From the IMG/VR virus record IMGVR_UViG_3300044630_003799, positions 1 through 60,694 of that record: a stretch of DNA of 60,694 bases; one strand, given 5' to 3'. This document shows, in pieces, positions 22,201 through 30,293 of the stretch (the first letter of the stretch is position 1; every line of letters begins with the position of its first letter). The stretch comes from a virus. Lineage: Duplodnaviria; Caudoviricetes. The translations under genes were made by a program, and so were the position numbers. A model generated the notes under the pieces. The model was not told the DNA's origin. It saw only the letters and a list, made by a program, of their open reading frames with translations, and made no database searches.

Positions 22201-22944
22201 TATTGCTGTATAAAGAGATCCCGAATTGCTATCGAAAGTAAATCCTCCAGTTCCATTTGCGCGTACCCTTGCAAATTTAACATCTGTATATGAAGTTATT
22301 GTAGCTATATCTGGTTCAAATTGATCTGTAGTATAATTGCATCCAATTAACAAAGCACTTCCTGAAGAGCGATTTATTTTAAGATTTGCTCCATTAGAAG
22401 ATATTACCAATCCGCTTCTTTTTATTGGGCCAAATGAATTATATAATTCATACAACCTATGAGCATCTCCATAAGCAGCATTTTGAGAATTAATTACAGC
22501 ATTAACAGTAGAACTATTTAAATGAACTACAATGCCTATAACTATATAATCTTTAAATACTTGATCAGAAAACACAGTGTCTGATTGTATTAATGCGCCA
22601 AATTGATCTATATATAAATAAGTAAACTGTTTTGTGGCTAAATAAGTTAATGAAACATTAGTAAATGCATTCCAAGATACATTTGTTAAAGTAGTAACTA
22701 CTTCTGAGCTTACAACTGATCTTGAATAAATTTGTCCAGTACCAGCGGTTACACTTATCGTATTTCCAGACCCAATACTTAGTACGCCTCCAGTTAATAT
22801 TCCGCTATCCTCATTTAGATCGGCTTGCCAAGCAGTTCCATCCCCTGTTGAATGTAAAGAATATCCTTTCGCACCAAGAGAATTATTCTTGTCAAAAAGG
22901 TTTCCTAAGAGACGTAAATTTTGAGTCCTAAATGCCTGTGCCAT
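16240..22944 (-). CDS. very long tail fibre (2234 aa) with a probable C-terminal intramolecular chaperone/autocleavage domain
   Basis: GNVGIGT repeats; LTVNGSTVTINSSTLSVDDKNIELG motif; C-terminal KSFRIPHP...LVYGSLESP motif. Confidence 0.8.
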   Translation of the reverse strand: MAQAFRTQNLRLLGNLFDKNNSLGAKGYSLHSTGDGTAWQADLNEDSGILTGGVLSIGSGNTISVTAGTGQIYSRSVVSSEVVTTLTNVSWNAFTNVSLTYLATKQFTYLYIDQFGALIQSDTVFSDQVFKDYIVIGIVVHLNSSTVNAVINSQNAAYGDAHRLYELYNSFGPIKRSGLVISSNGANLKINRSSGSALLIGCNYTTDQFEPDIATITSYTDVKFARVRANGTGGFTFDSNSGSLYTAIDPNNYDNGTGTLASVTSGYWTIQRFYLFPKIDDRLVNYYGVATYPTLGDALTALPNESFSESPFTARDTVFLGYLIVKQGITDLSSASNAKFLQAGLSRSLSSSSVSGGGSAAGALDDLSDVQITTALGGQFLIYDSTTSLWKNRSFILDANNNELIKFPSSVASAVNELTISNAATSGSPSISATGDDTNIGLNLIPKGTGLIQINGKAISLANSFTTSGNFALTFTTTGTTSLTLPTTGTLATLTDIPTVYNNTLTLAGSGGISLSTTPTFTANASADKTITLSIADGALTIAKLADIPTLRILGRTSASTGPVQELDGSGVVTVIGLNAVTRTENIEAGNAGQIPYQSGPNTTLFSAAGTANQVLLSGGTGAPTWANQSSLSVGSATTAGSLANALTISSPLTGTSYNGSSAVSIGLQNASDVQAGGVSIGAQTFAGNKTFKDNVIVSGNLTVNGSTVTINSSTLSVDDKNIELGAVIAIASLSSTVNIDAGDANVIVSSTSGLIVGQALTKISGTGAFGANPVISSITSATQFTVSPVHATTGSIVFSVGGATDVTADGGGITLKGTTDKTIIWVDSTDAWTLSEHLNIANGKSYRINGTDVLSSTTLGSGVVNSSLTSVGTLANLTVTNTINGSVSGSAGSLSGTYTFWGQSFNGTQNVSGNLTSVGNITGSSGITITAGGSNQNIVLTPSGTGYTLLNGSVGIGNSTPNNKLTIQAGDNKDSGPIINLGGNAINQFESGRIRFTEVVTGATPFYQGAYLHYDGSNNLFHIGVHENADALIDSDTNAISIIRSSANVGVGTTSVLSKFVVNGGAVNTSTYTSSESRIADGSLHLMKTVAGGIFESIRAMNADTTAGTTVRFIAASTSDPFNNTNGGKVFIDAIRSATNMDLAFSLNDIAGAAPVERVRFMGSGNVGIGTTNAIYALDVYKDINAGHIQAIRNINSGSSAYAALFIGNDQGANKIVMFSNSSARTGDGGVGNSTIRTDSGNLYLGASASQHILSTTGNVGIGITSTPNNKLHIAGSASIGSGYNVAAPTNGLLVEGNVGIGISSPTTKLHIVGSHVSQNGMIRFEASDYPIISLKAPATGDGSAGYWGLRAQDTSNNDLMFYGYRYTSAFSGFWIDPDFGSNIAKGFFVKRSDGNVGIGNNIPLARLHVNSTVSGATLIRADGTNGTLFSVTDDLSDSLMSVNNSAGLPVLEVFADDRVVMGQYGQNDLVVRNNKVGVGTVNPIYQLDIPATAALSRIGSVLIGSWPVTNSLAMFANSALDQSSGANYAVLQSNNGITYINASTSQSIRFRIANTDKWIITSAGVLQSSGAQTIQTDTGNLTIATAAGNGHIVLSPHGTGNVGIGTNSPSSKLHISNSAAATRITITDDVANGRSGYIESNYSDALVIGTTSGVRSIKFAPDNSTAMTIAVGTNNVGIGTTSPSNKLHVNGGIVFGYGSDSAFYTGTEFDSSKYLILQNNTNEYGRVGLFINAKTFSAANTPSTNDGWSTDPRSGIRFRAWLSGDSDYATKFVIQHLLANATNAVGDLGIFATGFSSTIPAFVLTGGGSIGIGTTTPSSKLDINGTARVRSISASGSAATIFLTTDANGVLISRTAAQVRSDIGAGTGNGTVTSVTGSGGLASSGGTTPDISIATDGVTTAKILNSNVTFAKIQDVTGPVVIGRLTATSGSVSALSSTDGRSALGATTVGGNFFTLTNPSAITFPRINADNTVSALDAATFRTAIGAGTGSGTVTSVTGTAPITSSGGTTPAISLNDAGVTYAKIQNVSATARVLGRITAGSGIIEELTGANVATIIGSNAIENATNVTIATDDATNSSYYLYFGANITGNTPLKASTKIRYNPNTGAFSATTKSFRIPHPTKPEHDLVYGSLESPYHGIRLTGKGKTNGVRAEIILPDYVKLLIDENTVNVQITAYKCSKVFYVEDIIIQDNKIVIKYDKSWYEKAKDIEFFWDFTAERKDVPKLIVEEKL

Positions 22945-22960
22945 TTTATTATATTACACG

Positions 22961-24424
22961 TTAAAAGGTTGGAGACGCGATAATTACATCAAGTAAATAT
23001 CTATCACTTGTTGATATTGGTGCGGAAAACATTATAGTTGCATTTGTTGTTGTAGGAACTCCAGAAATTATAGCTGCATATAAATCTGAATCTATAATCT
23101 GCGCGGCAGTTCCTGTTGCTCTAACGTTTGGATTTATTATAGGAGTTCCGCTTGTAGTATTATAAGTTATTGTTTTATAAGTATCTCCAGCGCTTAAAGA
23201 ATATGATTTAGCATTAAATGTATATTCGGTAATTGGTTCATATCCACTTATTCTAACAGCATTAAAATATCCAGTACCATTAACATTTATATTATATCCC
23301 TGAACATCAATAGCTTGAGAAGGTATTGTCGTTCCGATTCCAATTGAGCTTCCGCTCTTTAAATAAAATATACCACTACCTGCTGATCCAGAATTATAAT
23401 AAACATTTGAGCCTGAATTGTAATAAGTCTTCGAAGTAGATTTAGCGTATAAATTTCCTTCAAGATCAACATATGCGCCAGTTCTTATTCTTAAATAAGA
23501 ATTATTATTAAATATTTCATAAGAACCACTATTAAAATCATTATGAGAAGACGCGCTAAATGATTGATAAGCTCCATTTAAAACCGAAAGATTATTAGAT
23601 CCAGAAACGTATAAATTATTAGAAAATATACCACTGCCGCTGAAATTAAATAAACTTGATGCCCCGAGATTTAAAGTTTGATTTACAATTAGATTTTCAG
23701 CTTCACCAGTTCTATTTATTTTTGTATATCCAGAAAGATTAGTAGGAGTTAAGAAATCTTGTTTAGATCCAGAAAAAATTACCGCGCCAGAATTAAAATT
23801 AACGCCACTATTAAAATTATTATTTCCACTAAAATAATTTACTCCAGCGGAATAAATATTTCCAGTAAAACTTGAGTTTCCTGAAAATCTATTATCGCCT
23901 ACAAAATAATTTGTAGTAGATCCTCCTGCGTTAACACCAAAAACGTTATTTCCTAATAAAGCAGCATCACCACTAAAAGTAGATTTACTAGTTCCTACGC
24001 TAAAAGTACTAGTAACAACTACTGCGCTGTTAAAAGTAGAAGTATCAGTAAAAGTAGTTGGGTCATTAAATACTGCCGCGCCATCTGAAGTAAAAGTTCC
24101 AGATACAGTTAAATTATTTTGAAAGTATCCAGTTTTAAAAGTTGATATTCCTGAGACTAAAGAGTTTCCGCTTACAATTAAGTTTTTATATCCAGTAATA
24201 TCTCCAGAGAATTTTGCGCCAGAATAAAAGAGAGCTTCTTGAACAAAAGTAACATCATTATTAAAATTAACATCGCCGCTGAAATTCGCTTTACCAGTAA
24301 CAAATAGATCTTTGTATACAGACACAGAATTTGCGCCAGTTGCGCCAACACCTAAAAATCCTGTAACGTAACTTCCGATTTCTCCAGATTTTATCTGTTT
24401 AAGACCTATTAAACTCTGCGGCAT
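22961..24424 (-). CDS. beta-repeat fibre-like virion protein, paralogue of 32131..33294
   Basis: FSG/FNS repeats; first 19 aa identical to 32131..33294. Confidence 0.6.
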   Translation of the reverse strand: MPQSLIGLKQIKSGEIGSYVTGFLGVGATGANSVSVYKDLFVTGKANFSGDVNFNNDVTFVQEALFYSGAKFSGDITGYKNLIVSGNSLVSGISTFKTGYFQNNLTVSGTFTSDGAAVFNDPTTFTDTSTFNSAVVVTSTFSVGTSKSTFSGDAALLGNNVFGVNAGGSTTNYFVGDNRFSGNSSFTGNIYSAGVNYFSGNNNFNSGVNFNSGAVIFSGSKQDFLTPTNLSGYTKINRTGEAENLIVNQTLNLGASSLFNFSGSGIFSNNLYVSGSNNLSVLNGAYQSFSASSHNDFNSGSYEIFNNNSYLRIRTGAYVDLEGNLYAKSTSKTYYNSGSNVYYNSGSAGSGIFYLKSGSSIGIGTTIPSQAIDVQGYNINVNGTGYFNAVRISGYEPITEYTFNAKSYSLSAGDTYKTITYNTTSGTPIINPNVRATGTAAQIIDSDLYAAIISGVPTTTNATIMFSAPISTSDRYLLDVIIASPTF

Positions 24425-24498
24425 AAATTAAATTACACTATATATATGAAAAAAGGCCATCATTTCTGACAGCCTTTCAATTTTGTTTTATTATTTTC

Positions 24499-24846
24499 TT
24501 ATCTGCCTTCGGCGAGAATCTTTAAAACTTCTCTTGAAATATTTTGTTCAGCAGCTTTTGTTTCTGGAGGTCTCTTATATCCATTTACATGCTTTCTAAA
24601 TTCTGAAAGCAAAGTCTTCTTTAGTAAAGATGTATTATCAATAGGCACCAATCCAAGCTTTGAAGCATGACTCCAAAGATCAGTTTTATTCATTTCATTA
24701 ATCTTATTGGAATAAATATCTTCATCCATTGTTCCATACTTACTCATGCCTTCATCTCCCCAAATTTGCTCTAATGTAGAAGGAATAAACTTTTGCTCCA
24801 TACCGTGAGATTGAGATAGTTCTTCTAACTTTTTCTTCTTAGCCAT
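24499..24846 (-). CDS. hypothetical protein (115 aa)
   Basis: ORF in the late-gene strand, downstream of the capsid gene. Confidence 0.6.
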   Translation of the reverse strand: MAKKKKLEELSQSHGMEQKFIPSTLEQIWGDEGMSKYGTMDEDIYSNKINEMNKTDLWSHASKLGLVPIDNTSLLKKTLLSEFRKHVNGYKRPPETKAAEQNISREVLKILAEGR

Positions 24847-24879
24847 ACATTTTATTATAGAATAATTATATTTATAAAC

Positions 24880-24910
24880 AAAAAAAATCGGGGAGGATTT
24901 CTCCTCCCCG
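24880..24910 (-). terminator. intrinsic terminator after the major capsid gene
   Basis: CGGGGAGGA-4nt-TCCTCCCCG hairpin followed by a T-run on the minus strand. Confidence 0.85.
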
Positions 24911-24929
24911 ACTGTGAAAGAACTAACTA

Positions 24930-26051
24930 TTAGGCATTACATAGTGAGATGCCGACAATAGCACGGGCATCCAAGCACATACGGCCTTCCTCAATGAATC
25001 CGTAGAAACCAGTCTTATCAATTCTGTTGTTATTGAATTGATCGTCTGGGATAGCAGTGAATGTACCACCGCTCTCGGCTTGACGAGCTACAGGGCGAAC
25101 GAATGCACCCTTGCTGTTGTCGATACCAATGATGATTTCGTCACCAGAACCATCGAAGTCAGCACTTCCAGCGACATTTCCGAGGTTGTTTCCAGAGCCA
25201 AGGAATGTGCCGAACAATGTGTTGTACTTCTTACCTGTACCGAGTTCAAGAAGCTCAGTGAGGTTGATTCCGAAGATTGAACCAGCACCAGCAGCGCGAT
25301 AGATCTCTTCGCGAACACCTTCAGGCAATTGAGGAGCAGAAGCGCCAGTGGTCAATGGAGTGAAGGAGAAAGCGCGGACGCGTTGCATAACTTCAGGAGA
25401 AACATAAAGATCAGTTACACCCTTACTGAATGGGGCAGCAGGAGTACCACCATCATAGTCAGAGTTAATTCTCTTCATGCGGGTCATAAGAGCGTTCAAG
25501 TCAGCCAATCCGAATGTGGTTGAAGCGCTTGTGATAACGTGCTTTAGAGCAGAGCTACCCTTTGGAGTAGTAGAAGCAGTAGCGAGAGCCTTCAAGAGAA
25601 CGGCCCAAGCATTGCGCTCTTGCTTAACGAGAACTTCGTTAGACATACGCTCTACAGCCTTGCTAACTACGTCGAGGCGTGAACGACGAGCGTAACGCTT
25701 CAAGAAGCTAACAGCGCTGTCCAAACGATAGGTTTGGAACTTGACTTCTCCGCCGCCAGTTACTTCTGAGGTTGGAAGACCACCAGCAGAGTTTTGAGCA
25801 TAGACAGTGATATATCCAGAAGTCTCATTGTAATAGAGGTCGAGTGGATATGAAGGAGCGTCATCTTCATCATACTCAGCATCGGTATATACAGTGCTGG
25901 CAGTACCAGCCTTGTATAGAAGTTGTTGTACGACAGGTCCGAGGAAAGCGGCGAAAGCCTCTTGAGCTTCTCTGGCAACGATAGCGTTACGAGAACCCAT
26001 AGCCTTGATTAGCTCAACTTGCTCAGGTGTATTCTTTAGTTTAATTTTCAT
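24930..26051 (-). CDS. major capsid protein
   Basis: 373 aa; biased codon usage suggesting high expression; DLYVSPE motif; protease-decoration-capsid gene order; followed by a strong terminator. Confidence 0.75.
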   Translation of the reverse strand: MKIKLKNTPEQVELIKAMGSRNAIVAREAQEAFAAFLGPVVQQLLYKAGTASTVYTDAEYDEDDAPSYPLDLYYNETSGYITVYAQNSAGGLPTSEVTGGGEVKFQTYRLDSAVSFLKRYARRSRLDVVSKAVERMSNEVLVKQERNAWAVLLKALATASTTPKGSSALKHVITSASTTFGLADLNALMTRMKRINSDYDGGTPAAPFSKGVTDLYVSPEVMQRVRAFSFTPLTTGASAPQLPEGVREEIYRAAGAGSIFGINLTELLELGTGKKYNTLFGTFLGSGNNLGNVAGSADFDGSGDEIIIGIDNSKGAFVRPVARQAESGGTFTAIPDDQFNNNRIDKTGFYGFIEEGRMCLDARAIVGISLCNA

Positions 26052-26088
26052 ATAATATATTCCTTAAATTTAATTGTTAGCTTGTTAA

Positions 26089-26661
26089 TTAGGCGACTGA
26101 GGTCTCAAGGAATGAGTTGAAGTTTAGGAGAGTTAGTGTGCAGCCGTTTGTATCGGCACCACCCAAACAGATACCAACTTGCTTGGCTCCGCTTACGCTT
26201 CCGATTGAAAGCTCACCAGCGCCAGAGGTGTGAATCTTGGCTCCAGCGGCAGGAGTTCCATTGATACCGCTCAAAAGGAACATACCCTTAGTAGCGATAG
26301 GAACGGTTTGTCCAGGAATTACAGCGCCGATTTCAGCGGCCTTACGAGGATTGAACTTGAGTTGCTCACCATTTTCATCAAGATTCTTAACGTCTTGAAG
26401 AAGAATGCCGATTGGGGTATCAGTTTGTCCACAAAGTTCAACTGTGGCAGGAGCGTTAAATCTTGGAGAAGTAACGTTTCCGAAAGAAGCTCCAACCTCA
26501 GAGTCGAGAGTCAACTCATCAGTTGCTTTCCATCCTGATTGAATCTTGACTACTGCGCCTTTGTTGGCAATAGTAGCTGTAGTTAGGTCTGCGGTTTTAA
26601 AAGCGAACAATCCGATTACATCGTGTTCGCTAACTTGTCTAAATGGTCTTAGTGTAGCCAT
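26089..26661 (-). CDS. head decoration/cement protein
   Basis: 190 aa between protease and capsid genes; PIGILL..V.IATKG motif typical of decoration proteins. Confidence 0.6.
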   Translation of the reverse strand: MATLRPFRQVSEHDVIGLFAFKTADLTTATIANKGAVVKIQSGWKATDELTLDSEVGASFGNVTSPRFNAPATVELCGQTDTPIGILLQDVKNLDENGEQLKFNPRKAAEIGAVIPGQTVPIATKGMFLLSGINGTPAAGAKIHTSGAGELSIGSVSGAKQVGICLGGADTNGCTLTLLNFNSFLETSVA

Positions 26662-26694
26662 ATTATTTTTTCCTTATGTATTTTATTTGTTAGT

Positions 26695-28155
26695 TTATAG
26701 TTGGACTTCAAATCCTTCTACGCTGAAAGCCTTCTTGTATTTATCAACAAGACTTTCAGAAGCTTGACTGGAGTTGGGAATAGCGTTGTCGTTAACGACA
26801 GCGTTATCGATGGCATTTTCAACTGCATCTGAAACTTCAGAAGCGTTGGCGGAAGCCATTACCTTACCCTTTTCCGATACTTCTTGAACTACTGGAGCGG
26901 GTTTCTTGCCCTTTAGTAGTACGCCCATCTTCTTCTTATAAGCAGCGAAAGCGTCTTCGCCCATTTCAGAAATATCACCAGCAATAATCTCGCGCTCTTC
27001 AGAAGAAAGTTCGAACTCGCCATCGAAACCAGCCATTCTTTGGTTAAAGAGTTCTTGCTTTGCTTTAGCTTCATTTTCCTTTTGGATTTCAGCTAAAACT
27101 TGATTAACTTTTTCGTACTCAGCCTTTAGTGTCTCAAGTTCCTTTGTCAATGAATCGGCCTTTTCGATAGAAGCTTTGATAGCCTCTTGTGATTGATTCT
27201 TCTCAATTTCAAATTGATCTGAAGCCTTTTTAATTTCTTCAGAAATGAAATCAGAGATAACTGATGCGGAAACCTGCTTTAGGCTTTCATCAGTAATGTC
27301 AGAAATTGCATTAATCTTCATAACTTTATTATTATTATCTACAGTATTTTTATTATTTTGTGAAATATCTTTTTGTTCTACTGCCTCAGAAGCTTCAACT
27401 TTCATGTCTTGTTCAGGCTTGATAGTTAAAATTCCTTTGACATCAGCGGCTGGAGTTTCGGTAATACCAACTCCAAGAGGAACAACTTTATCAATGATTT
27501 TGCGGTATATTTTTTTACCGCCATCTATTGTTCCGCTACCACCGAAAGCTTTTAAATAACCTTTATATTTTTCGATTTGATCTGGTTCAGAAATAACTTC
27601 AGCAGAAGCTATATTCTTCTCATTATTATCTAGTAATAGTAGGTTATAGTTTGAAAATCCTAATTCCCAAGAAGTAGAAATAGATAGATAATCTTCGCTT
27701 GAAGGATCTGAAGAATTTTCTACTAACTTAGTAATTCTTGGATTAACTACTTTCCATAATACGCCGCCAAGAGTGATATTAAATGGTCCATCCATCTTAG
27801 AAACTTCTTCTTCTGACAATGGACGATCTGTACCAAACTCACTAAATCCAGCTTTTAGAATAGTACCAATTACCTTTTCTCTATTATGTTCAATATTAAT
27901 AGGTTTGTTAATAAAATTCTTATAAATTTCAACGGCGGTTTTTGTATCAATAACATCATTATTTCTATTAACTCTATTTGCGACACAGGCGTTAAAAGCA
28001 ATTGGCAAAAGATCGATGTTTGAAGCAGAATCTACTTCTGGAACAAACGCGCCAATCTTTTCTAGACTTGCTAGTGCTAGATTAAAATCAAAATCTTCTG
28101 AATGAAGAGTTTTAATTTCAGAACTAAAAATTGATTGAAATGGGAAATCTTCCAT
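26695..28155 (-). CDS. prohead protease fused to a coiled-coil scaffold
   Basis: FINKPINIEH, SWELGF and GVGITETPAA motifs, then an E/K-rich coiled coil. Confidence 0.7.
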   Translation of the reverse strand: MEDFPFQSIFSSEIKTLHSEDFDFNLALASLEKIGAFVPEVDSASNIDLLPIAFNACVANRVNRNNDVIDTKTAVEIYKNFINKPINIEHNREKVIGTILKAGFSEFGTDRPLSEEEVSKMDGPFNITLGGVLWKVVNPRITKLVENSSDPSSEDYLSISTSWELGFSNYNLLLLDNNEKNIASAEVISEPDQIEKYKGYLKAFGGSGTIDGGKKIYRKIIDKVVPLGVGITETPAADVKGILTIKPEQDMKVEASEAVEQKDISQNNKNTVDNNNKVMKINAISDITDESLKQVSASVISDFISEEIKKASDQFEIEKNQSQEAIKASIEKADSLTKELETLKAEYEKVNQVLAEIQKENEAKAKQELFNQRMAGFDGEFELSSEEREIIAGDISEMGEDAFAAYKKKMGVLLKGKKPAPVVQEVSEKGKVMASANASEVSDAVENAIDNAVVNDNAIPNSSQASESLVDKYKKAFSVEGFEVQL

Positions 28156-28156
28156 A

Positions 28157-28522
28157 TTACTTAAGAGTTAGTAGGTATTTAGTTTTATTTACACTTGCTA
28201 GAATTTCATCTCTAACATTTAAAAGATCAGAGTCTTTTGCTGGATTTAAATCCGCAGGAAGCACAACTGTTAGATAAGTGATAAAAGTATCTAAAGCTTG
28301 AAGTGGATTAGATGCTTTATAATTAGCTAAAGTTAATACGAAATTGCCATTAGCAATAATGCGGCCATATTTACCCATATAAACTTCTACAAATTCATCG
28401 ATCTTTTCAGAAAGATTGCTATACAATTCTCCAAAAGTTTTATGCTCGGCATAACCATAAGTCTGCCAATGGTAAATCTTGATTTGATTTTGGAACTCTA
28501 ACATGTTAGAAAGTATATTCAT
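28157..28522 (-). CDS. ferritin/Dps-like four-helix protein (DUF5856-like)
   Basis: KIYHWQT..AEHK...LY...IDEFVEVYMGKYGR motif. Confidence 0.6.
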   Translation of the reverse strand: MNILSNMLEFQNQIKIYHWQTYGYAEHKTFGELYSNLSEKIDEFVEVYMGKYGRIIANGNFVLTLANYKASNPLQALDTFITYLTVVLPADLNPAKDSDLLNVRDEILASVNKTKYLLTLK

Positions 28523-28539
28523 ATATTTAATAATTTATA

Positions 28540-29601
28540 TTACCATTGAACTTTATCGTATCTTTGTTGATACTCTTTTTCATCTTCTGAAAAATCTCCT
28601 CCTTTTTCTCCGTGTTCAGCTTCTGGAGGGTTAATTTTTTTAGAAATTTTTTCTAATTCTTTAAGAACTTTTGGAGAAAGTGTTGAAGGATCATATTTTT
28701 TAGCATCATATTTTCTTAATTGATCTTTTGTTTTTGTAAGCATATCTCCCTTTTTATAATTTGCGCCATCATTAGCAACTTCATAAGTAATTACTTGTCC
28801 AGCATCGTCAGGAAGATCTTTAATAGCTTTTACAATTCCCATACTTCCATAATGTTTGCACTTAGAATTGATATTCATTACGGCGCAACCTTCTTCCATA
28901 TCATTTGAATCATCTTCTTCTACTTCCATTTCTCCATCTTCCGAAGCATATCCTTGTTTTGGATAAGCCATATAATCATAAATACTATTTACATGATGCT
29001 CTAATAAAGATATCTCTGCTAATATCCAAGGATCAGAAGCTCTTGCAGCAATCATTGGATTACTCTTTATCAAAGCTATAGCTTTAGAACATTTATCAAC
29101 CGCGCCTTCAAATACACTAACAGCCATTTCAGCGGCTTCTTGAGTATTAAAAAGCATTTCTTCCTCATCTTTTTCTACTGCGATATCATCAGCTAAAGCT
29201 AATTCTGGATTGATCTTTAACAACTCTTCTTTATCCCAAAAAGTTTCTCCGTCCCAATGTTCTTGATATGTATCTACAGAGGCTTTAGTTAAACTGGTAA
29301 CGCTTGGCTTACTCCAAAATCTGCAACTCCAATAACGAGCTTTCCATTTTGGACCGGGATTACTGTCACATTGATGACGAGCGCGGAAACTCTTTCTACG
29401 AGCAGGATCATCTCGCTTGATTTCCATATTTGGATCGCCAAAATTTACTTTGACGACGTTGCCCTTTTCATTTTTTACATATACAGAAAACTTCTTAGGA
29501 CCACCGGAAGTTCTAAAAGGCTTGTTTAAAGTCTTTTTCTCTTTTGCGGCTAAAGAAATTTTATTAGAAAAATCTAATTCTATTTGATTATTATAGTTCA
29601 T
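28540..29601 (-). CDS. head-region protein with a basic N-terminal domain (DUF5754-like)
   Basis: KKFSVYVKN..VKVNFGDPNM...RRKSFRARHQC...ARYWSC motif. Confidence 0.5.
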   Translation of the reverse strand: MNYNNQIELDFSNKISLAAKEKKTLNKPFRTSGGPKKFSVYVKNEKGNVVKVNFGDPNMEIKRDDPARRKSFRARHQCDSNPGPKWKARYWSCRFWSKPSVTSLTKASVDTYQEHWDGETFWDKEELLKINPELALADDIAVEKDEEEMLFNTQEAAEMAVSVFEGAVDKCSKAIALIKSNPMIAARASDPWILAEISLLEHHVNSIYDYMAYPKQGYASEDGEMEVEEDDSNDMEEGCAVMNINSKCKHYGSMGIVKAIKDLPDDAGQVITYEVANDGANYKKGDMLTKTKDQLRKYDAKKYDPSTLSPKVLKELEKISKKINPPEAEHGEKGGDFSEDEKEYQQRYDKVQW

Positions 29602-30262
29602 ACCAGAATTTGTTTGAGTTATCTTCTTCGTCTAAATAAAGTTCTTCTACATTTTCAAAGTCGTAATTCAAATCGTATTCTTTGATATCAGCTTCAGCTT
29701 GATCAAAATCTATATCTTCTAATTCCCAAGAATCTGATATATCAATAGAAGTTGAACTGCGAGCAACATCAGAATCTGCTTTTCTATAAGAATCTTTGAC
29801 AGATTTACCTGCCATCATTCTTAAAAACATATTGACCCGCGCCGCAGCCCAACCGCCTCTAGTCATTCCCGGTCTATGAGAAGAACTAAATGCACCAGCG
29901 CCTCTACGATACACTTTCTTTAACTGAGTTAAATTAACTTTTCTAGAATGCTTCGCATTATGATTCTTCACTTTATTTTTAAGCATCTCTATAACTTTAG
30001 TAGAGAAAGTAATTGCGTCTCCACTTGTTCCAGCAGATCCAGGCTTATTTTTAGAAGAACCTTTTCTTTTTTCAGAAGGTTTAGCTGGAGTCTGTGCGCC
30101 GCTTTTTGGCCCAGATCTTTTAGCCTCTATTTCAACATCAAGCTTTTCTAATTTTGGCAATACAAAATTTTCCCCAGAAACAATAGCATCTTCAACAACA
30201 GGTTTAACCTCTTGTTTCTTATACTCTATCTCAATTGGATCGTTAAATGCTTCTGAATTCAT
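29591..30262 (-). CDS. head-region basic protein (DUF5824-like)
   Basis: LKKVYRRGAGAF..SHRPG....WAAARVN motif. Confidence 0.5.
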   Translation of the reverse strand: MNSEAFNDPIEIEYKKQEVKPVVEDAIVSGENFVLPKLEKLDVEIEAKRSGPKSGAQTPAKPSEKRKGSSKNKPGSAGTSGDAITFSTKVIEMLKNKVKNHNAKHSRKVNLTQLKKVYRRGAGAFSSSHRPGMTRGGWAAARVNMFLRMMAGKSVKDSYRKADSDVARSSTSIDISDSWELEDIDFDQAEADIKEYDLNYDFENVEELYLDEEDNSNKFWYEL

Positions 30263-30293
30263 TTATTTTTATTATATTACACTAATTTAGTAA

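Noticed and set aside
104-22944. diversity-generating retroelement acting on fibre or LamG genes
   Set aside because: No reverse transcriptase in the window, and the repeated modules differ at synonymous positions rather than specifically at adenines.
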